Source: an uncultured cyanobacterium (GTDB taxonomy: Bacteria > Cyanobacteriota > Cyanobacteriia > PCC-6307 > Cyanobiaceae). Taken from it: 64,000 bases of DNA. Numbering within the stretch: the first letter of the stretch is position 1; the number at the start of each line of letters is the position of its first letter. Under the pieces are notes generated by a model. That model was not told the origin of the DNA. It was given only the letters and a program-made list of their open reading frames with translations, and made no database searches. Of the stretch, positions 57,810 to 64,000 are shown piece by piece. A program made the translations under genes and the position numbers. The stretch covers positions 1 through 64,000 of the forward strand of contig CAVONQ010000006.1 of the NCBI GenBank assembly GCA_963697335.1. The letters run 5' to 3'.

Positions 57810-58568
57810 GTGAGCACCGTCGACGCCGGATCTGCCCGCAGCGGCACCCAGTCCGGGGGCATCCATCCGCTGGTGGATGCCCTGGCCGAGCGCATTCGAG
57901 CCAGCTGGGAGCGCATGCCTGAGCTGGCTCCCCTGGCCATCGACCCCGACCTCGAGGCCATCAGCGGCAGCCTCGATGGCGAGAAACTGTTCATCCGCAA
58001 CGAGCTTCGCCAGTGCCGCGGGCTGCGCAAGCTGCACCTCGAGACCGCCCGGCTGGGGGCGGGGCTGCAGATCCTGCACTGCGTGCTCTTCCCAGACCCC
58101 CGCTACGACCTGCCGGTATTCGGTGCCGACATCGTGGCCGGGCCGGCCGGGGTGTCGGCCGCCATCGTGGATCTCTCCCCCGTGGCTGACGCCCTGCCCG
58201 AGGCCATCGACCACGCCCTTGCGGCTCGCCCGCGACGCAGCTATGCCCAGGAGCGGGAGCTGCCGGGCTGGGGCTCGATCTTTTCGCCCCATGTGCGCTT
58301 CATCCGCCCGGTGGGCAGCGAGGAAGAGCGGGCCTTCATCGACGAGGTGGGCGAGGTGCTGGAGGTGCTCACCGCCGCGCTGCGGCACACCCCGCCTCAG
58401 CCCCTGGACGACCCCGCTACCGTCAGCCGATGGAACGGCCAGCTCCGGTACTGCAAGCAACAGAAACAGAACGACAAGACCCGTCGGGTGCTGGAGAAGG
58501 CCTTCAGCCCGGACTGGGCCGACCGTTACATCGAAGAGCTCCTTTTCGACGATCCACCGGCCCTGTGA
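57810..58568 (+). CDS. pcyA: Phycocyanobilin:ferredoxin oxidoreductase
   Basis: [47 protein letters not shown]. Confidence 0.95.
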   Translation: MSTVDAGSARSGTQSGGIHPLVDALAERIRASWERMPELAPLAIDPDLEAISGSLDGEKLFIRNELRQCRGLRKLHLETARLGAGLQILHCVLFPDPRYDLPVFGADIVAGPAGVSAAIVDLSPVADALPEAIDHALAARPRRSYAQERELPGWGSIFSPHVRFIRPVGSEEERAFIDEVGEVLEVLTAALRHTPPQPLDDPATVSRWNGQLRYCKQQKQNDKTRRVLEKAFSPDWADRYIEELLFDDPPAL

Positions 58569-59500
58569 CGTTCCTGGGCTTGCAGGCCTCCCGCCGCACC
58601 GTTGCTCTGGTCTTGGGCGGCGCTGTGCTGGTGGCTCTGGCTGGATGGGCGCTGGTGCAGCGCTTGAGCCCTTCGTCCTCGTCCATGACGACTGAGACGG
58701 CGGCAACCGCTGCCCGGCCCTCTGCCCCGGAAGCGGTGGCCGCCCTGGGGCGCCTCGATCCAAGTGGCGAGGTGCGCAGCCTTGCCGCCCCGATCAGTGG
58801 CATCGGCGGCAGTCCCCGCATCACGCGCCTGCTGGTTCAGGAGGGTGATGTGGTTCAGGAGGGCGACCTGCTGGCCGTGTTCGACACCGCCGAGCCCCTG
58901 CTGGCCCAACGCCGTGTGGTGGAGGCACGCATGGCCAATCTGCGCAGCCGCCTGACGGTTCAGAACCGTGACATCGCCCGCTACCGCTCCCTGAGCCGCC
59001 AGGGCGCGATTCCCAGCGGTGAACTCGACAGCCGCGAAACCGACCTGCTCGAACTCCAGGGCCAGTTGCAGGAGGCCGTGGCCGATCGCGATCGGATCGA
59101 CGCCGATCTTGAACTCACCTCGTTGAAGGCCCCGATCAGCGGCACGGTGCTGCGCCTCCATGCCCGGGTGGGCGAGCGCCCCGGCGATGACGGCGTGCTG
59201 GAACTGGGGGCGAACCAACGCATGGAGGCCGTGATCGAGGTCTACGAGAGCGACATCAACCGGGTGCGGCTGGGGCAGGCCGTGAGCATGACCAGTGAGA
59301 ACGGTGGCTTCGAGGGCAAGCTCAGCGGCGAGGTGGTGCGGATCAGTCCCCAGGTGCGCCAGAGGGCTGTGCTCGAGACCGATCCCACCGGCGATGTGGA
59401 CGCCCGCATCGTGGAGGTACGGGTGACCCTGGATCCAGCCGACGCCCAGCGCGTGCGGGACCGGACGGGCCTCAAGCTGATCGCCCGCTTCAGCCCCTGA
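58565..59500 (+). CDS. devB: ABC exporter membrane-fusion protein (DevB/HlyD)
   Basis: [26 protein letters not shown]. Confidence 0.9.
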   Translation: MTFLGLQASRRTVALVLGGAVLVALAGWALVQRLSPSSSSMTTETAATAARPSAPEAVAALGRLDPSGEVRSLAAPISGIGGSPRITRLLVQEGDVVQEGDLLAVFDTAEPLLAQRRVVEARMANLRSRLTVQNRDIARYRSLSRQGAIPSGELDSRETDLLELQGQLQEAVADRDRIDADLELTSLKAPISGTVLRLHARVGERPGDDGVLELGANQRMEAVIEVYESDINRVRLGQAVSMTSENGGFEGKLSGEVVRISPQVRQRAVLETDPTGDVDARIVEVRVTLDPADAQRVRDRTGLKLIARFSP

Positions 59501-60672
59501 TGTTGCACCGCCTCTGGCAAGCCCGCCGGATTCCCCTGGCCTGGCTGCTGCTCTCCCGCCAGCCCCTGCGGTTGGCGGTGGCCCTGGCGGGGATCGCCTT
59601 TGCGGGGATCCTGATGTTCATGCAGCTGGGTTTTCGTGATGGGCTGTTCGACGCCAGCGTCACGATCCACAAGCTCTTCGACGCCGATCTGGTGATGATG
59701 AGCCCCCGGACCATGAGCTCGATCGGCATGGCGGGCTTTCCCCGGCGCCGGCTGATCCAGGCCATGGGCGATCCCGCCGTGCAGGGCGCCACCCCCGTGC
59801 ACTGGAATCTGCTGCTCTGGCGCAACCCCGTGAGCGGCAAAACCCGCTCGATCCTGGCCCTGGGCTTCGAGCCGGCCGATCCCCTGTTTCTCGACCCTGA
59901 GCTCTCCGACAAGGCCCGCAGCCTCAGCCAGAAGGGCAGGGTGCTGTTCGATGAACGCTCCAGGCCGGAGTTCGGACCGATCGCCGAGTGGTACAAGCAA
60001 GGCCGCACGGTGGAAACCGAAGTGGCCGGCACCCGGGTGCGGGTGTCGGGGCTGGTCACCCTGGGCCCCTCCTTCGGCGCGGACGGCAACATCCTCACAA
60101 GCCGTGAAACCTTCCTGCAGCTGCTGCCTGGCACGCCCCCGGGAAGCATCGAACTGGGCCTGATCAGGCTGCGGCCCGGCAGTGACATCGAGGCCACCCG
60201 CCAGCGCCTGGAGGGCAGCTTGCCCAGTGACGTGCTGCTGTTCACCAAGGCGGGCTTCGAGGAATTCGAGAAGACCTACTGGCGCACCAGCACCTCGATC
60301 GGCTTCATCTTCACCCTGGGGGCGGCCATGGGTTTCATCGTGGGCTGCGTGATCGTCTACCAGATCCTCTATTCCGATGTGAGCGACCACCTGCCCGAGT
60401 ACGCCACGTTGATGGCCATGGGCTATCGCCTGCCGATCCTGCTGGGGGTGGTGGCCCGGGAGGGACTGATCCTGGCGGTGCTGGGCTACCTGCCGGCCTA
60501 TGCCGCCGGCCTGGGTCTCTATGCCCTGGTGCGCAACGGCACCAACCTGCCGGTGGCGATGTCCAGCGGACGGGCCACGGTGGTGTTCACCATGATCCTG
60601 GTGATGTGTCTGGGATCGGCAGCCCTGGCCATGCGCCGCCTCGGGGACGCCGACCCCGCCGAGATCTTCTGA
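59500..60672 (+). CDS. devC: ABC exporter permease DevC
   Basis: IPLAWL, FAGILMFMQLGF, EYATLMAMGY, ADPAEIF. Confidence 0.95.
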   Translation: MLHRLWQARRIPLAWLLLSRQPLRLAVALAGIAFAGILMFMQLGFRDGLFDASVTIHKLFDADLVMMSPRTMSSIGMAGFPRRRLIQAMGDPAVQGATPVHWNLLLWRNPVSGKTRSILALGFEPADPLFLDPELSDKARSLSQKGRVLFDERSRPEFGPIAEWYKQGRTVETEVAGTRVRVSGLVTLGPSFGADGNILTSRETFLQLLPGTPPGSIELGLIRLRPGSDIEATRQRLEGSLPSDVLLFTKAGFEEFEKTYWRTSTSIGFIFTLGAAMGFIVGCVIVYQILYSDVSDHLPEYATLMAMGYRLPILLGVVAREGLILAVLGYLPAYAAGLGLYALVRNGTNLPVAMSSGRATVVFTMILVMCLGSAALAMRRLGDADPAEIF

Positions 60673-61394
60673 TGGCCCCTTCAACCACCCAGCCCCTGGT
60701 GGCCATTGAGGGCCTGAGCCACTGGTACGGCGAGCGAGAGATGCGCCGCAGGGTGCTCCAGGGGGTGACTCTGACGATCGCGCCGGGGGAGGTGGTGCTG
60801 CTCACGGGGCCCTCCGGCTGCGGCAAGACCACCCTGCTCACCCTGGTGGGAGCCCTGCGCCAGGTGCAGGAGGGCTCGGTGCGCCTGTTCGGCTGCGAGC
60901 TGCACGGGGCGGGTCGTTCGATCCGCCAGCAGCTGCGCCAGCGCATCGGCATGATTTTCCAGGGCCACAACCTGCTGCGCTGTCTCACCGCAGAGCAGAA
61001 CGTGCAGATGGGATCAGACCTGCTGCCGGGCCTGGGCTACCGCGCCCGCCGCGATCAGGCGCGGGAGTGGTTGCGGGCGGTGGGCCTGGGCGACCACCTC
61101 AACAAGCTGCCCCACGACCTCTCCGGCGGCCAGAAACAGCGGGTGGCGATCGCCCGGGCCCTGGCTGCCCAGCCCCAGTTGCTGCTGGCCGATGAACCCA
61201 CCGCCGCCCTCGACAGCCAGAGCGGCCGCGAGGTGGTGGGGCTGCTGCGCAGCCTGGCCCGCGAGCAGGGCTGCGGCGTGTTGATGGTGACCCACGACCC
61301 CCGCATCCTCGACGTGGCCGATCGCCTGCTGCAGATGGAGGATGGCCGGCTGGCCGAGGCCTCCCTGGAGCTGGCGGGGGCCGTCAGCCCTTAA
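60672..61394 (+). CDS. devA: ABC exporter ATPase DevA
   Basis: GPSGCGKTT, LSGGQKQRVAIARAL, ADEPT. Confidence 0.95.
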   Translation: MAPSTTQPLVAIEGLSHWYGEREMRRRVLQGVTLTIAPGEVVLLTGPSGCGKTTLLTLVGALRQVQEGSVRLFGCELHGAGRSIRQQLRQRIGMIFQGHNLLRCLTAEQNVQMGSDLLPGLGYRARRDQAREWLRAVGLGDHLNKLPHDLSGGQKQRVAIARALAAQPQLLLADEPTAALDSQSGREVVGLLRSLAREQGCGVLMVTHDPRILDVADRLLQMEDGRLAEASLELAGAVSP

Positions 61395-61447
61395 CGGAGG
61401 GGCGGTGAGTAGGATCAAGTGACCACATCACCCACCTTGCCTCCCGT

Positions 61448-61603
61448 ATGGCCAAGCGCAGGAATCTGAAGAAGGAAAAGCAAGAACGCAACCGTGCCTA
61501 CGCGCGCAAGTTCAAGAAGCGCAAGCTGCGCAATGACGGCCGCGGTGAAGGCGTGGGTAACGGCGTGACCGGCACGGCCAACAACGGCGGCGCCGCCGAC
61601 TGA
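61448..61603 (+). CDS. 51-aa Lys/Arg-rich small protein
   Basis: Manual: MAKRRNLKKEKQERNRAYARKFKKRKLRNDGRGEGVGNGVTGTANNGGAAD*; biased codons, downstream terminator. Confidence 0.8.
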   Translation: MAKRRNLKKEKQERNRAYARKFKKRKLRNDGRGEGVGNGVTGTANNGGAAD

Positions 61604-61659
61604 CCAGTCGGCCTTGATTTCGGGCGGCTCGGTGGCTGAACAGCTCCCCAGGCCAGAGC

Positions 61660-61686
61660 AGGGACCCATGAGGGTCCCTTTCTCTT
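61660..61686 (+). terminator. Rho-independent terminator
   Basis: AGGGACCC-ATGA-GGGTCCCT followed by TTCTCTT. Confidence 0.7.
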
Positions 61687-61783
61687 GGGCCTCCCCTCGA
61701 CCGTGACGATCGGACCGGGATGATCGAACCGTGATGATGGTGGCCAGGTCATGGCGCCCGGATCGGTGCGCTGCAGCGGGTCC

Positions 61784-62716
61784 ATGTTTCTCAGTGTCGT
61801 CATCCCCACCTACAACCGCCTGCCGATCCTGCAGAAGTGCCTGGCGGCTCTGGAGGATCAGGATTTCCCCGCCAGCGCGGGCAACTATGAGGTGGTGGTG
61901 GTGGATGACGGCTCCACCGACGCCACCGTGGCCTGGATCGAGGCCCAGGGCGTGGCCCTGCCCCACGTGCGCCTGCTGCAGCAGAGCCATGGCGGTCCGG
62001 CCGCCGGCCGCAACCGTGGCGTGGAGGCCGCCCGGGGTGAGGTGGTGGTGTTCATCGACAGCGACCTGGTGGTGACCCCGAGCTTCCTGCTCTGTCATGC
62101 CCAGGCCCTGGAGCAGGCCTGGCAGCGCCTCGGCCACCGGCGCTGCTTCACCTACGGGGCCGTGATCAACACCTCCAATTTCACCGAGCCCACGGCGGAG
62201 CGCCACAAGCTGCGCGATCACTCCTGGGCCTATTTCGCCACCGGCAATGTGGCCATTGCCCGCGAGCTGCTGGAGCAGGCCGGGCTGTTCGACACCAACT
62301 TCCGGCTCTATGGCTGGGAGGATCTGGAGCTGGGCGAACGGCTCAGGCGCCTGGGGGTGTCGCTGATCCGCTGCCCTGAAGCGGTGGGGTACCACTGGCA
62401 CCCGGCCTTCCGGCTGGAGCAGATCGCCGACCTGATCCGGGTGGAGCGGGAGCGGGCCAAGATGGCGCTGGTGTTCTTCCGCAAGCACCCCAGCCAGCGG
62501 GTGCGGATGATCACCCAGTTCACCTGGTATCACCGCCTGCTCTGGGATCTGCTCACCCTGGGCGGTCTGCTCAATGAGCGCAGCCTCAGGCCCGTGCTGG
62601 CCTGGCTGGTGCACCGCAATCGGGCGGCCCTGGCTCTCGAGCTGTTGCGCATCCCCCTCAATCGCCTCGGGGTGCACACCCTGCAGGTGGAAGCACGGCG
62701 CCAGGGCCTGGCCTGA
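61784..62716 (+). CDS. Glycosyltransferase family 2
   Basis: SVVIPTYNR, VVDDGSTD, FIDSD, GWEDLELG. Confidence 0.92.
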   Translation: MFLSVVIPTYNRLPILQKCLAALEDQDFPASAGNYEVVVVDDGSTDATVAWIEAQGVALPHVRLLQQSHGGPAAGRNRGVEAARGEVVVFIDSDLVVTPSFLLCHAQALEQAWQRLGHRRCFTYGAVINTSNFTEPTAERHKLRDHSWAYFATGNVAIARELLEQAGLFDTNFRLYGWEDLELGERLRRLGVSLIRCPEAVGYHWHPAFRLEQIADLIRVERERAKMALVFFRKHPSQRVRMITQFTWYHRLLWDLLTLGGLLNERSLRPVLAWLVHRNRAALALELLRIPLNRLGVHTLQVEARRQGLA

Positions 62717-62777
62717 CCGGGTGTCCAGCAGTCCGTGAGACATCGCTTTGGTAGGGTGCTTGGGTCCAACTTCATTC

Positions 62778-62900
62778 CGCACACCTGCGTGTTTCGGGTG
62801 ATCACGGGCTCCAACCCAACCGCAGACGCCACCGCGATCGGTGCTGCCTGCGGAGAGTGGAGCACTTCGATCCCTAGGCAGGTGGAGGCAAACCCGAAAC
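62778..62900 (+). ncRNA. rpsB leader RNA (S2 autoregulatory, t44-like)
   Basis: CACAC...GTTTCGGGT (62791-62799) pairs with ACCCGAAAC (62892-62900); GTGGAGGC motif before it. Confidence 0.6.
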
Positions 62901-62910
62901 CCCCCACACC

Positions 62911-63621
62911 ATGGCTGTTGTCACTCTCTCCGAAATGATGGAGGCTGGCGCCCACTTTGGGCACCAGACCCGTCGTTGGAACCCCAAGATGTCGCGCTAC
63001 ATCTATTGCGCGCGCAATGGGGTTCACATCATCGACCTCGTGCAGACCGCCGTCTGCATGAACAACGCCTACAAGTGGGTCCGCAGCGCGGCCCGCAGTG
63101 GCAAGCGCTTTCTGTTCGTGGGCACCAAGAAGCAGGCCTCCGAAGTGATCGCCCTGGAGGCCACCCGTTGTGGTGCTGCCTACGTGAACCAGCGCTGGCT
63201 GGGCGGCATGCTCACCAACTGGACCACGATGCGGGCCCGGATCGAGCGCCTCAAGGATCTGGAACGCATGGAGTCATCAGGCGCCATCGCCATGCGTCCC
63301 AAGAAGGAAGGCGCCGTGCTGCGCCGCGAGCTCGACCGTCTCCAGAAGTATCTGGGTGGACTGAAGAACATGCGTCGCCTGCCCGATGTGGTGGTGCTGG
63401 TGGACCAGCGCCGCGAAACCAATGCCGTGCTCGAGGCCCGCAAGCTCGATATTCCCCTGGTGTCGATGCTCGACACCAACTGCGATCCCGATCTCTGCGA
63501 CGTTCCCATTCCGTGCAACGACGACGCCGTGCGTTCGGTGCAACTGGTGTTGGGCCGGCTGGCTGATGCCATCAACGAAGGTCGCCACGGCAGCGACCAG
63601 GGTCAGAACGACGAGGCCTGA
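62911..63621 (+). CDS. rpsB: 30S ribosomal protein S2
   Basis: [31 protein letters not shown]. Confidence 0.98.
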   Translation: MAVVTLSEMMEAGAHFGHQTRRWNPKMSRYIYCARNGVHIIDLVQTAVCMNNAYKWVRSAARSGKRFLFVGTKKQASEVIALEATRCGAAYVNQRWLGGMLTNWTTMRARIERLKDLERMESSGAIAMRPKKEGAVLRRELDRLQKYLGGLKNMRRLPDVVVLVDQRRETNAVLEARKLDIPLVSMLDTNCDPDLCDVPIPCNDDAVRSVQLVLGRLADAINEGRHGSDQGQNDEA

Positions 63622-63691
63622 GCAGAGCAGCCTGAGCCAGAGCACGTACTCCGCCCCCTGAACCACACCTTTCACCCTGAGTTCCTCACCC

Positions 63692-64000
63692 ATGGCTGAG
63701 ATTTCAGCAAAACTGGTCAAAGACCTGCGCGACAAGACCGGCGCCGGCATGATGGATTGCAAGAAGGCGCTCACCGAAACCAAGGGAGATGCCGACAAAG
63801 CCATCGAATGGCTGCGCCAGAAGGGCATCGCCTCCGCCGAGAAGAAATCCGGCCGCACTGCTGCGGAAGGCGCCGTCGGCTCCTACATCCACACTGGTGC
63901 TCGGGTTGGCGTGCTGGTGGAGGTGAACTGCGAAACCGATTTTGTGGCCCGCGGCGAAATCTTCCAGGAGCTGATCCGCAATGTGGCCATGCAGATCGCA
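63692..64000 (+). CDS. tsf: Elongation factor Ts (partial, runs off window end)
   Basis: Manual: [27 protein letters not shown]...[11 protein letters not shown]. Confidence 0.97.
   Translation, partial: MAEISAKLVKDLRDKTGAGMMDCKKALTETKGDADKAIEWLRQKGIASAEKKSGRTAAEGAVGSYIHTGARVGVLVEVNCETDFVARGEIFQELIRNVAMQIA

Overview
High-GC picocyanobacterial (Cyanobium/Synechococcus-like) chromosomal segment; apcF, psb28, pcyA, gun4, sipA, an NtcA-type glnA promoter and rpsB-tsf support the assignment. Bases ~8.0-64 kb are mostly ordinary accessory and core genes: a metal P-type ATPase, a persulfide dioxygenase/rhodanese cluster, pstS, cbiMNQO under a cobalamin riboswitch, umuCD, sdhCAB, gap, rsmA-ispE-pdhB-secDF, glnA, devBCA and rpsB-tsf. 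The unusual part is 1-7.5 kb. After an IS-disrupted HNH nuclease, six type II toxin-antitoxin modules from different families all lie on the + strand: VapBC, HigBA, MNT-HepT, MazEF, an antitoxin/PIN remnant and CopG-VapC. Five of the six are preceded by a reiterated, variably truncated copy of the 5' end and/or upstream DNA of one minus-strand HNH-HIT fusion gene. This looks like an integron-like cassette stack with no integrase or attC sites visible. The same island carries 24-bp insertions, two of which are copies of one mini-element with a compensatory base-pair change. All calls were made by eye from the sequence and remembered family motifs; no searches were run, and several start codons are best guesses.
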